Below are positions 39,544 to 51,839 of a DNA stretch of 64,000 nucleotides, one piece after another. The DNA comes from Desulfatiglandales bacterium (GTDB taxonomy: Bacteria > Desulfobacterota > DSM-4660 > Desulfatiglandales > Desulfatiglandaceae). A program made the translations under genes and the position numbers. Numbering within the stretch: position 1 is the stretch's first letter; each line of letters opens with the position of its first letter. Under the pieces are notes generated by a model. It worked only from the letters and a program-made list of their open reading frames with translations. It did not search any database and was not told the DNA's origin. The stretch spans positions 7,104,001-7,168,000 of the forward strand of contig OY759599.1 in assembly GCA_963662465.1 (NCBI GenBank). The letters run 5' to 3'.

Positions 39544-40554
39544 TTATGCCGATTGAAAGAGCCATGAGAATAAGGGGTCCAACGCAGTTTCGACCAGTTA
39601 AAACGGATAAAATTGGCAATACGGCATAATCCGGGAGTCGGCATTACATCTGCGAAAGGGCTTTGAAAAAGGCCATTCTTCACAGAAAAAACTCCCTGTT
39701 TTACAAAACAGAGCATGGCGCCCTCATTGGAGACATCTTTATGAGCCTTATTCAGACCTGTGCCATGAACGGAGAAAATCCGTACGAATATCTCCTGGCC
39801 ATTCACAAAAATCCCGAGCTGGTAAAGGTAAACCCCGAAAACTGGCTTCCCTGGAATTACAGGCAAAATCTAAATTCCCAGCCTTAGTAACTCACAGATA
39901 ATCAGATCGACAGAAGACGCCGGATAACGGAGCTCGCCACCTAGCGTCTTCCGGCCACCCAAAAAAAAATGAAAAAATTTGCCCTATGCAGGCTTGCAGA
40001 AAGGACACGTTTTAAGTGCAAATCCCAAAACATGTTTTTGGTACACTTCGTTCAGGTGTTCTTAGCATACTGGTATTCGAATTTCACTTTCAGTCCAAGA
40101 CCTCCCCGCTAGGGAACCCTGTTGGCGACCGTTGAAGGGAACTCGGCCATACAGATCATTTGTTTCTGGGTGAAGATCGTAGTCGGAATTGCAAATACCT
40201 AAACCGAATAAATCAAGCATTTTTGTATGCCCCTATACCAAACACGCAGAATTCGCCTCAATTTCATATAAACATTTGCAATAATAAAGTATTTTACTGA
40301 TAGCTATGATCAGACAAGACCGGAGTTCAGATCAATCGCTGATAGGATTTCCACCACAGGGATAAAATCTCCTTATTTATAAAGGGATTGGAGTACAATC
40401 CCCCGTTTCGCGACCATTCGGTTTGGGGGTTTACTTTTTGTTTGGGATAGCTATTTACATCACAGCGAATTGTTCTACTTTTTCAGCTATTTGCCTAGGC
40501 AACCCATCCTAGGACACGACGAAAACTGTATCGAGAAAGGGTCCGGAATGGTCT

Positions 40555-40691
40555 GTAATATAGATTGGAATCGGGAGGTGATTTTCCTGGATAAAGAGTT
40601 TCAGCAAATTGCGCGCAATGCTGAAATCGGTAGAAGAACTGCGGATAAGCTGGTTCAGGTTTATACCCTGGATGGTAAAGAAACCTGGGTT

Positions 40692-40695
<4 letters not shown>
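40555..40695 (+). pseudogene. Fragment of an Rpn-like/PD-(D/E)XK putative transposase
   Basis: [17 protein letters not shown]...[19 protein letters not shown]. Confidence 0.6.
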
Positions 40696-42034
<1,339 letters not shown>

Positions 42035-42035
<1 letters not shown>

Positions 42036-45000
42036 TACTGTTCTTTCCTTGTTGCCGGTTCTTTATTTAGACGGCTAACGGTGGCGTCAAATTTCTCGGC
42101 GATGAGAAGTTCATACTCCGTTCCAAAAAACTTGCGGTTTCCCTGCAAACTCCATTTGATGCTTTCCCAGTAGTTTTTCAACTCCTGGGCGTCGAGGATG
42201 TTTTCAAGGATAGCTTCGATCTCTGAAAGTTTTTCCCGTTTCAGGGCATTTTTTCGCATTTCATAAAGGTCGTTTAAGCGGTGTTCCTGTTCACGGGAAA
42301 AACCGATGTCCCTGGATCTTTCAAGCAGGTCGTTCAACAGATTGTAAAGGTCTTCAAAATCTTTGACCAGGTCCATTTGGCTTTGGGTTCGGTCGAGCAT
42401 CATATCGGTGATTTCCGTCATTCTTCTTTCAAAGGCCTTTTCAAGCAGAATCTCGTAATCCTCGGTAAAAAAGGGGTATTTTCTCAGGGACCCCAGGCTG
42501 TAGTGAAAGTATATTTTGAGCTGTTCCAAGTCGTTGATGGATGACATGTGGTCAATTTTCCGAGTGATGGAAACGCGGTTTTGGAAAATGACGGACAGAA
42601 CATTGGGATAGTGTTCTTTTTTGAGAAGAATGCCGGTTTGAGCGCCGAAAAGATGGCTTAGTTGTGAATCGTCTTCCCAGAGTTCCAGCGATGGAATGCC
42701 ATCAAGGCAATCGTTGATGGCTTCGTAGCGTTGTTCGACGGTTTCACTCATGGGCATGAAGTTGAGCGAGATGGGGGCATCGTTTTTTCTGATTTTTCGA
42801 GTGCCTGATAGACCCACCAGCAGTAGTTTGATTTGGTTCTTGTAACTCAAATAGCTGCTGACTTTCTCGTACCCGTAGATACGGACTTTGTCCCCGATCA
42901 ACTCCTCCAGCATGAAATGTCGGATGTCTTCCCGCATGGATTGCAGTGTTTTGTAAATGCGAAAGGCCTCATAAACCTCTTTTTCAAAGGTGGCAAGCCC
43001 CACATTATGAAATTTTCTCTTTTTGTGAATGTATTTCAAGGGGATTTTTATGATGAGTCCGGCCAGATCCCGAAACTCGGCATGTCGGATGCCCCGCATC
43101 CTGAAAATTCTTTCCATGGCCAGTATCATCCTGCCGGCCTGAAGCCGTTTGGACCTGTCAATGTTTCTCCATTCCTTTGAAGCCAGGTATTCGGAGGGTG
43201 TAACGCCTTTGGGCAGGCCGTTCTCCAGGTATTGCTGAATGGCGTAAAAGAGCCGTCCCCGCTTTAAGACAACCCGGTCCATTTGTTCCTGAAGGGTTGT
43301 TTTGCCATTGATGATGCCATGACATACGGCTCTTGTTTTGAAAATCCACAGGGCCAGGTCTTCCAGCATGAGGTCTTCCCTGATGGCGCTTAGCATGATA
43401 AACGTCGTGATGAGGAATGCATCGAAGAGGTCCTTGTCCCGCCTGGCCAGAATGGACGACATGGCGGAAAAGGAGATTTCTCCTTTAATGGTATGGTGAA
43501 GGGCGTCATGGTTTTTGACCAGAAAAATGAGATAGTCCGTGCTTTTTTTATTGAGTCCGTATCGGGGACCGATGTTTTCTTTTGAGAGAAAATGCGCTCC
43601 CGCGTCGGCAAGCTCGGCCGGATTGATTTCCCCTTGATATTTTTTTCGTAAGCGCGGTATTCTTCCTAGATCCTGGAATACGAATGATCGGGTTAAAGCC
43701 TCAAAGAGATCCCTGTTGATTTTGAGTCGGTCTACAATGTTTTCGAGATCTTCCAGCTGGCGCTGGCTGACGCCCATGATGCCGGTTGCCATGGGGCCGA
43801 ATTCTTTTTGGGCAAGTCGGTGTAAAAACCGCTGGTTTTGAAAATTTGCCTTGTCATGGGATACCAGGGCTTGGAATTTTCTGGTGGTAGCCATGATGTA
43901 ATCTGTTACCGGGGATGTCAAATAAAGGTTTCCGGAAAGATCAAGGTTCCGAAGGGCCGTGAATTCAGGGAGTAGGAAGTCCAATAGCGCGGGTGCGTGG
44001 TGGTAAAGAAGATGGATATCGGTGTGAAGATATTCAGGCCTGAACATCACCTTGCTGAAGTTATTTCGAAGGATTTTTCTCATTTTCCGGGTTGACTCAA
44101 ACCAGCGTCTTTGTCTTGCGGGGATTTTCAGTTTATTGCTGGGATACTTCAATACCCTGAGCTGGCTCTGGAAAAAGGTTTCCAGGTCGGCGAATATGGC
44201 CTCCAGATTTCGAAGGTCCTCCAGTGGGATTTTGGAAACAGGTTGGCCCGCAATTCTTTCGGATAGGGCATTGGCCTCTTTGATATTTTTTGAGATGTCT
44301 TTATAGGCGATTTCCAGCGCTTTCGTCTTTTCGGATATCTTGAGTTGAAAGCCGGTTCCCATGATAAATGCGGATCTGTTCTGGTTCAGCTGGTTGCTGA
44401 ATCGGTTGAGGCGTTCCAGATTTAGTTGCTGTACGTTGACGGCTACGGCTTCATGTTCTACCTTCCGGACCCTGTTTTCTATTTCATCGGGCTTTAGGTC
44501 GGCCAGAATAGGATTGAAATTGATTGATTCCCCCTTGGCTAGATTGACCGTGATCCATAGCAGTACGAATACATTCAGGCTGTCCATCCTTTCAAACAGG
44601 TGGCCGGTGCCATGAAACTCCATGCCCAGGAATTTCCGGTAGAAGGCAGGGAGGTGAAGGGGGTCCACTTTGAGATAAATCTCTTCGAATGTTTCTATGG
44701 TCTTAACGAGTTTTATGACCCTTTCGATTCGAGCCAGCTTTCCCTTGTTATAGTCTGCCAGGGCTTCTTTTTCCCTTGAGCCCTTTTTTTTGAGTTCAGG
44801 CCAGTTTTCCAGGAATTCAAAATACCCCATCATCATGAGTATTTTTCTGACAATCCTGTTCCGTATGCCCCCCATGGCGGTTGTTTTTTCTTCCAGAAGC
44901 TGGTCCCAACCCAGCTCCTGGTTTATGACAACGCGAACGGCAGATTCATAAAGTTCAAAGAGCAGGGCAAGCTGTTCACGGGGGGGTTCGGAACCCCTGG

Positions 45001-46549
45001 CGGCCTTTGTTTCCGCCATGGTCATCAAACGGCAGTAGCGGAGCATGTTGAGTGCCTGCCGCGGTTCATAGGCGCCGGCCATATCAGAGACGGGTTCAAG
45101 TGCCTTTTCGGACATTTTTCCGGAGATGATGCGTCCCAGTGGTGTATGCCCCAGTGTAATGAGAACCATTTCTTTCAGTTCATTGTGTGTAAATCCGAAA
45201 CAGGAAAGGGCTTCCAGGTTGGATAACAATCGGGTGTGGGTTCCCTCAATTTTGTCCGGATTCAGGTAGTTCCTTATTTTTTCAAGGCGTTTGATCTTGC
45301 CGGTGAGCTTGATGCAATGGTTGAGTGCGTTGAACCGTCTGTTTTTATTTTCCAGCGGTTGCCGGAGTCGATCGATGAAGACTCGGGGAAGGGAATCATA
45401 ATTCCCCTGTTTGAGAGCGTGAAGGACCCCAAGGGTCCGAATCAGAAATTCCAGGGAATCCCTGTAATCCGCCACAAGTTCCATGGCGCAGCCGGCCAGG
45501 TTGGAATCGGCTACATCCCGTTTAACGTCTTTTACAGTGGTTTCCACCTTTTTCTGCCCCAGGTAGATCAACATGTTGCTAGGTTCGTAGCCTTTGCAGA
45601 AAAACTTTTTTTCCCAGTCTTTTTTGACGCGGTCGGGGACCAGCGGTCTGAGGAATATTTTGTCGAAAAAAATGGAAAGAAGTTCGGACCAGGTTTTTTC
45701 CTGGTCCACAAGGAAAGGGGAAGCCGTTCTCTTTTTTTCCTGTTCCGTCTTGAATGTCAGTTCGGCGGTATGGTTGCTTTCGCCGGTGAAATGGTTGGCG
45801 ATAATAAAGATTTCACCTTCCTTTTTGAGCAGGTTGCAGATTTTCCACAGCATGTAAACGCTGTATTGTTCCAGTCGTTTCTTTGAAATCGTCCGTTGGC
45901 CCAAATGGCTGAATTGCTCCATGATGACGGTTTCAAAGAGATCATTGGTTAATATTACGATATCCAGGTCCGGATCTGTACTCAGGAGCTTTTCGGGAGA
46001 ATCAATGACAAAAAGATGATGGTCCTGGAAGAGGAAAGAGAGTTCGTGAAGGATCAGGTCGTCCTGGCGCGCCAGGACGCCGATTCTGTAATATTCTTTC
46101 AAATACTTTTTTCTGTGATAATCAACAATCCTTCCAATTTCGGAAACTTTGGCCTGAATATGGGCCATGGAAATGGAAATGAGGTGAACCGGGATGAGGT
46201 AGTAAGGATGTCCCAGACTGGAAAACCGGATCAGTAAGCCCATCTTCCGGTGTATTTCATTTAAATCCTTGTAATGAATACGAATGTCTTCAGGGTTGTC
46301 GAGGGTAATGCGGTTGAGCTTTTTGATTTCATCAGGATTTAGCCGATCGTAATCCTCAAAAAAACCGAAACCGTAAGCGTTTCCACCAAACCTGCTCCTC
46401 AATTGCGAGGGATGCTTGAAAGAAATATAGGTTCCCAGGGGCACCGATGCGGGATCGATCCCCAGCGTCTCAAATTGATCCGGGTCGATGAATTGAAAAG
46501 CGTCTTTTTGCCAAAGAACGCTTTTAGGAAAAGGATTGGGGGAATCCAT
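42035..46549 (-). CDS. Large hypothetical protein (1504 aa)
   Basis: Long ORF; possible degenerate HD-like helical modules. Confidence 0.8.
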
Positions 46550-47237
46550 GATGTTGCTTCTGTTCTACGATTTTACCATTTTCCATGATATATCCGTGAT
46601 GGGCGATTTGAAGCGCTATGTTGGCGTTTTGTTCGGCTAACAACATGGCGGTTTTTTTTTCAACATTGATATCTTTAATAATTTTAAAAATTTCTTTGAT
46701 TAAAAGCGGTGCAAGTCCCAGGGAAGGTTCATCCAGAAGCAACAGCTTCGGGTGGGCCATGAGGGCTCGCCCAATGGCAAGCATTTGAAGTTCGCCGCTG
46801 CTGCAATGTTCCGCGGGGGATTTTTTTTTGGAAAACAAGGTAGGAAAATAGCGGCAAATCATCTTCAGATCTTTTTTATAGGATTTGCCCGGGCGGGTGG
46901 TTGCCCCGACCCTGAGGTTTTCCTCAACGGTCAGGGATTTAAATTCCTGTCTTCCTTCAAGGACTTGAATGATTCCTTCACGGGTAAGTGCTTCAGGGGG
47001 CGCCTCCCGTATGGATTTCCCATAATAGGAAATGCTTCCTTCCGTGACACGGGCCTTTTCGGGTTCAAGTAATCCGGAAACGGCTTTGAGCAGCGTGGTT
47101 TTTCCGGCGCCGTTGTTGCCCAGAAGCGCCGCGATTTCCCCCTTTGGGATGGTCAGTGATACGCCCTTAAGCACCCGTATGCCGCCGGAATAGACCACGC
47201 TGATATTGTCAACCTGCAAACATTCGTTATTTTCCAT
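46524..47237 (-). CDS. LivF-like ABC ATP-binding protein (C-terminus atypical)
   Basis: GNNGAGKTT, LLLLDEPSLGLAP. Confidence 0.88.
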   Translation of the reverse strand: MENNECLQVDNISVVYSGGIRVLKGVSLTIPKGEIAALLGNNGAGKTTLLKAVSGLLEPEKARVTEGSISYYGKSIREAPPEALTREGIIQVLEGRQEFKSLTVEENLRVGATTRPGKSYKKDLKMICRYFPTLFSKKKSPAEHCSSGELQMLAIGRALMAHPKLLLLDEPSLGLAPLLIKEIFKIIKDINVEKKTAMLLAEQNANIALQIAHHGYIMENGKIVEQKQHHGFPQSFS

Positions 47238-47290
47238 GGCCTTGAACCATCCTCGGTTGGGTTTTTAGCTAACAGCTAACGGCTAACAGC

Positions 47291-48424
47291 TTAAGAAAAG
47301 GGCCATTTCCTGAAGCCCGATTTGATTGCGCACCATGTGTTTATCAGACCTTTCGGTTTAAAGATGATTACCAGAACAATGGCAAGACCCAATACAAATT
47401 CATGCAGCGGCGTGGTAGCGATGCCGGTAACGGCGTGAGCGCCGGCATTCATGAAATATTCGGTGATGAAGGTCAAAATTTCGTTCAGGGAAACAATGGC
47501 CAGAGCCCCCAGGATTGAACCGGATATGCTGCCGATGCCGCCGATAAGGATGACGGCCAGCAGTTCGATGGACAACTTCAGATTGAACATTGCCGGGGTA
47601 ATGACCGTTGCATTGTAGGCAAAAAGAGCGCCGGCAACGCCCGCGAAAAAAGAGCTGATGGCAAAGGCCAGGAGTTTATGGGGGAAAACGGCAATTCCCA
47701 TGGCCTCTGCTGCCCGATTATTTTGCCGAATGGCAAGAAAAGCACGGCCGGTTTTACTTCGAATGAGGTTGGCTGCCAGCCAGGTCATGAACGTGAGGCA
47801 AATGTAGATGATGTAAAAAACGGTGAGATTCGTCCCCGGATTTAAGCCTGCAAGGGTGGGCGCCGGCACAACAAAACCTTTTGTGCCGCCAGTCAAAGAC
47901 GCCCATTGCACCAGACCATATTCGATAATAAACTGCCCGGCCAGGGTGGCTGCGGCCATATAAATAAATTTGAGGCGAATTGCGGGGAGCGCGAAAATTG
48001 TTCCCACCATGGATGCGACAATTCCCGCAATTGGTATGACAAGGAAAAAAGGAAAACCCGCCTTTGCGGCCAGAAAGGCGCTCGCATAGGCGCCAATCCC
48101 AAAAAAAGCGCCATGGCCCAATGAGAGCTGGCCGGTATATCCGGTAAGAATATTGAGGCCCACCCCGGCAATGGCATAAATTCCGATCATGCTAAGGATG
48201 TGAAGAACATAATTGCTGTTGAAAAATGGCGCCAGGGCGAAGAGACACAAAATGCCGAAAATCATAAATCGCCGGCTAAAATCTGTTTGAAAGAGTTTCA
48301 GGTCTTTCTGGTAGCTGACCTTGAAATTCCCGCATGAATGAAACGGAGGTGGGAATGGTTTCGATCCTTCTGTTCGTTTGATGTGTCGCATGCGATCATA
48401 CCCTTTCGATTTTTGCCTGACCAA
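47291..48424 (-). CDS. LivM-like ABC permease
   Basis: GLNILTGYTGQLSLGHGAFFGIGAY. Confidence 0.9.
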   Translation of the reverse strand: MVRQKSKGYDRMRHIKRTEGSKPFPPPFHSCGNFKVSYQKDLKLFQTDFSRRFMIFGILCLFALAPFFNSNYVLHILSMIGIYAIAGVGLNILTGYTGQLSLGHGAFFGIGAYASAFLAAKAGFPFFLVIPIAGIVASMVGTIFALPAIRLKFIYMAAATLAGQFIIEYGLVQWASLTGGTKGFVVPAPTLAGLNPGTNLTVFYIIYICLTFMTWLAANLIRSKTGRAFLAIRQNNRAAEAMGIAVFPHKLLAFAISSFFAGVAGALFAYNATVITPAMFNLKLSIELLAVILIGGIGSISGSILGALAIVSLNEILTFITEYFMNAGAHAVTGIATTPLHEFVLGLAIVLVIIFKPKGLINTWCAIKSGFRKWPFS

Positions 48425-49298
48425 AGAGTCCCGAGGGTTTTAGCATAAGGATGAGGAGAAGTGCAATATAAGGTATGATATCCTGTAAAGATTGGGACAA
48501 TCCACCCGAAAAGGTTTCAAGGAGACCGATAATAATGCCGCCCAGGATGGCGCCCCCAATGCTGTTGAGCCCCCCCAGAATGACAACGGGAAAAACCTTG
48601 AGTCCCAGGGTGCTGAGCGTGTGGATATGGACGCCGTTCATCATGCTCAGCATGATGCCGCTTACGGCGCATAAAAGGGCGGCAATGGCCCATGAGAGCG
48701 CAAAGACGCGTTTTACGCGAACCCCCAGTGACTGGGCAGCTATCCGGTTTTCCGCTACGGATCTCATGGAGAGGCCCTGTGATGAGAAGGTAAAGAAAAG
48801 CCGGCAAAGAATCCAGAAGAGGAATCCCACAATGAAAACTGAAATGTGAATGGGTGTGAGGTGAAGATTGCCCCATGTAAGGGAAAGGGTTTCGGGGAGA
48901 AAAACAGGATAATGATAGGTTTCGGTCCCAAAAAGGAAGGACAGCAAACCCTTTAGCATCAGTGCCAGGCCCAGGGTTATCAGGAGGGTCTGAATCAAAT
49001 TGTGTCTTTTGAGAAGAGGCCGCACGAAGCATCGCTCAAGGATCAGTCCCAGGACGAAGCTCCCGGCCAGGGTAATCGCAAAAGACAGGATAATGGGCCA
49101 ACCCGCCCAGGTGGAAAGCATAAGGAATGCCGCCGCGCTGAAGGCAATCATCCCGCCATGTGCAAAGTTCAGCAAACAGCTGGATCTGTAGATCAAAACA
49201 AACCCGATAGCCGATATCCCGTAGAGAAATCCCAGGGAAAGGCCATTCAGCAGAAGTTGAAGAAAAAATGGCATGTTTGAAAAAGCTCCCTCGCCCAT
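48396..49298 (-). CDS. LivH-like ABC permease
   Basis: GFVLIYRSS..LNFAHG; VVILGGLNSIGGA. Confidence 0.9.
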   Translation of the reverse strand: MGEGAFSNMPFFLQLLLNGLSLGFLYGISAIGFVLIYRSSCLLNFAHGGMIAFSAAAFLMLSTWAGWPIILSFAITLAGSFVLGLILERCFVRPLLKRHNLIQTLLITLGLALMLKGLLSFLFGTETYHYPVFLPETLSLTWGNLHLTPIHISVFIVGFLFWILCRLFFTFSSQGLSMRSVAENRIAAQSLGVRVKRVFALSWAIAALLCAVSGIMLSMMNGVHIHTLSTLGLKVFPVVILGGLNSIGGAILGGIIIGLLETFSGGLSQSLQDIIPYIALLLILMLKPSGLFGQAKIERV

Positions 49299-49309
49299 AC
49301 GATAATGTC

Positions 49310-50761
49310 CTATTTTCGACCGATTATCGTCAGTTGTCCATCTTTATCAATGTGACCCAGGTCTCCGGTGTGGAGCCAGCCGTCAATCAAAACCCGGCTG
49401 GTGGCGTCGGGGTCCTGGTAATAGCCCACGAAGTTGGATTGGCTTCGAATCAGGATTTCCCGGTTTTCGTTGATTTTGATTTCAGTTCCGGGCAGCGGCT
49501 TGCCGACGGTCCCGGGTTCGACCTCTCCGTCCCGATGGAGATGAATCATGCCGCATGTCTCCGTTAGACCGTAGTAGTGTTTGAGGTTTAGCCCAAGGTT
49601 CCTGAAAAACTGAATAATATCCGAGCGGATGGGTTGTCCGCCCATGTAGGCGGCGCGAAGCCTGTGGCAGCCGATCCGATGAAGAAGGGGTCGGGATATG
49701 ATTCTTTCGAGCAGTTGGGTTTTGAGCTTCAGGCCGATGGAGACGGGTTTTTTTTTAGATTTAAGGGTGGCGATATGATTTCCCGTTTCCAAGGTCGCAT
49801 CAAAAAGGAAGCGATTGAAACGCCCTGAATCCGACATGTTGGTGATGATTTGTGATGCAAGACTTTCCCAGAATCCGGCGGATGCCGTGATGATGGTTGG
49901 ACCGATATCCACAAAATCCTCCAGCAGGGTTTCAGGTCTTTCGGGAAAGTTCGTGGTTAAACCGCCGCAAAGGGCGATACCCACTGCCCAAATATGTTCA
50001 ACCATCCAGGCCATTGGGGATATGGACACCCAGTCAGCCTGGATGCCGATGGGTTCGGTTTCGACCCACTTGGAAGCCGTGTTCGTCACATTGGCATGGC
50101 TCAGCATGACCAGTTTCGGCGGTCCCGCGGCGCCCGAGGTCCTCAGCATGATGGCGATATCTTCCGGCCTGCCGTCCCAGAGTTCTTTGATAAACAGGTC
50201 TGGTTGTTCGTTGTCCAGCTCTTCTCCCAATTCCAGGAGCTGCCTGAAACTGATTAACCAGGGGTTGTCTCGATAAAACTTCATACCGGTGGGATCTACA
50301 TATATAATTTGCTTCACATGGGAGAGATTTTCGCGATGTGTCAGAAGCTTTTCCACCTGCATTTGATTTTGGGCAAAAACGTAGGTCGCTTGTACATGGT
50401 CCAGTTCAAGCGTCAGCACCTCGGCTTTGGCTGAAGCAAAAAGCGGAAGCGCTACGGCGCCGGCCGCGTGTATGCCCAGTTCTCCAAAAAGCCATTCCGG
50501 TCCGTTATCAAGGATGAGACCGACCGTTTCTCCCCGCTCTATCCCCAATGCCATCAACCCCAGCGCCGCATGTTTGGTATGATGAAAGTATGCCGTCCAG
50601 TGTACCGTTTGCCATATGCCATAGGCTTTTTCCCGGATGGCGGTTTTCTGAGACCCGAACCGTTCAGCCTGTTTATACAGGATCTGGGGAAGGGTATATT
50701 GTCCCATGGAGGATAGAATTTCCGGGTCCATGCGCTCAATTTTAGAACTGAAATCATTCAT
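49310..50761 (-). CDS. AMP-binding long-chain acyl-CoA ligase-like protein lacking the C-terminal domain
   Basis: TSGAAGPPK, YGLTET, GWLHTGDLG; ends at IIGRK. Confidence 0.8.
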   Translation of the reverse strand: MNDFSSKIERMDPEILSSMGQYTLPQILYKQAERFGSQKTAIREKAYGIWQTVHWTAYFHHTKHAALGLMALGIERGETVGLILDNGPEWLFGELGIHAAGAVALPLFASAKAEVLTLELDHVQATYVFAQNQMQVEKLLTHRENLSHVKQIIYVDPTGMKFYRDNPWLISFRQLLELGEELDNEQPDLFIKELWDGRPEDIAIMLRTSGAAGPPKLVMLSHANVTNTASKWVETEPIGIQADWVSISPMAWMVEHIWAVGIALCGGLTTNFPERPETLLEDFVDIGPTIITASAGFWESLASQIITNMSDSGRFNRFLFDATLETGNHIATLKSKKKPVSIGLKLKTQLLERIISRPLLHRIGCHRLRAAYMGGQPIRSDIIQFFRNLGLNLKHYYGLTETCGMIHLHRDGEVEPGTVGKPLPGTEIKINENREILIRSQSNFVGYYQDPDATSRVLIDGWLHTGDLGHIDKDGQLTIIGRK

Positions 50762-50805
50762 GTCAGGCTCAATGAAAAAGGGTGTGAATCGACGGGTTGT
50801 CGGTT

Positions 50806-51624
50806 CTATGTATCCCCGAGATAGGCTTTGACGACCTGCGGATGTTTTTGAACAAAATCGGGAGAGCCTTCCGCGATTTTGATCCCAAAATCAAAAACGA
50901 TCACTCTTTTCGAGATACTCATCACAACGGACATGTCATGTTCCACCAGTATGATCGTTTGATGCCATGTTTCATTCAGTTCCAGGAGGAACCGGAGCAT
51001 GTCGTCTTTTTCTTCAAGCGTCATTCCCATAAAGGGTTCATCCAAAATGAGGAGCTTCGGGTTTACGGCAAGGGCTCGGCCCAGATCAACCCGTTTTCGC
51101 ATGCCGATGGGGAGGTTCCCCACATGCTCTTTCCGGATGGCTTGCATGCTCAGGAAATCAATGAGTTCCTCTACGATCTCTCTCTGTCGAACTTCTTCCG
51201 CTTGCATATTTTTGGAGAATAGGCAGGCCGTCCCCACATGGTATTTAAAGTGAACATGGCGTGCCAGCATCATGTTGGTCAGTACCGTCATTTCCGGAAA
51301 AAGTTCAAGGGTTTGATATGTTCTGCCAATCCCTATTTTCGTCCGCCGATGCGGCGATAGATGCGTTATTTCCTCTCCATTCAAGGCAATACTTCCTTTC
51401 TGGGGCTTGTAGTTGCCTGAAATGCAGTTTAACAGGCTCGTTTTGCCGGCGCCGTTAGGACCGATAAGGGAAACCAGTTCTCCGTTTTGAACTGAAATAT
51501 CTATTCTGCTGAGCGCCGTAATGCCGCCGAATTTGAGGGTGAGGTCATTTATTTCCAGGTCCGCCCGTCGTGTTTCGGGGTCGGTGGAGGCGAAGAGGCT
51601 TGGGGCGCCGCGAAAGGCTTTCAT
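50806..51624 (-). CDS. LivG-like ABC ATP-binding protein
   Basis: GPNGAGKT, LILDEP, LVEHDM, VVKAYLG. Confidence 0.9.
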   Translation of the reverse strand: MKAFRGAPSLFASTDPETRRADLEINDLTLKFGGITALSRIDISVQNGELVSLIGPNGAGKTSLLNCISGNYKPQKGSIALNGEEITHLSPHRRTKIGIGRTYQTLELFPEMTVLTNMMLARHVHFKYHVGTACLFSKNMQAEEVRQREIVEELIDFLSMQAIRKEHVGNLPIGMRKRVDLGRALAVNPKLLILDEPFMGMTLEEKDDMLRFLLELNETWHQTIILVEHDMSVVMSISKRVIVFDFGIKIAEGSPDFVQKHPQVVKAYLGDT

Positions 51625-51787
51625 TGTATGATGGCTACCTTCTCTGTTAACAGATAACCGCTAACGGTCAATTCGGCGCTAGCGACGATGTGTTGAAATC
51701 TAATGCAACAGGCAAATTTTTGTCAAGAACATTTGAATCGGCAATATCGCCATTCTGTGTAATGCCTGGAAACCCGGATAAAAATGC

Positions 51788-51839
51788 TTGACACGAAAAC
51801 CAAGCGATGGTATCAGTTTATGAATGAATAGTCATTCAT
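51788..51839 (+). promoter_or_regulatory. Sigma70-type promoter followed by a FadR-type operator
   Basis: TTGACA-N17-TATCAG, then palindrome ATGAATGAATAGTCATTCAT (51820-51839). Confidence 0.75.

Larger units (their letters stand above)
36208..39646 (+). mobile_element. RIT (Recombinase In Trio) element
   Basis: Three coupled tyrosine recombinases; perfect 25-bp TIR at 36234-36258 and 39622-39646; CATCTG on both sides. Confidence 0.93.
35056..40008 (+). mobile_element. 5'-truncated second IS66 copy; tnpC interrupted by a RIT
   Basis: Matches the reverse complement of 29218-30726; right TIR ends at 40008. Confidence 0.9.
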
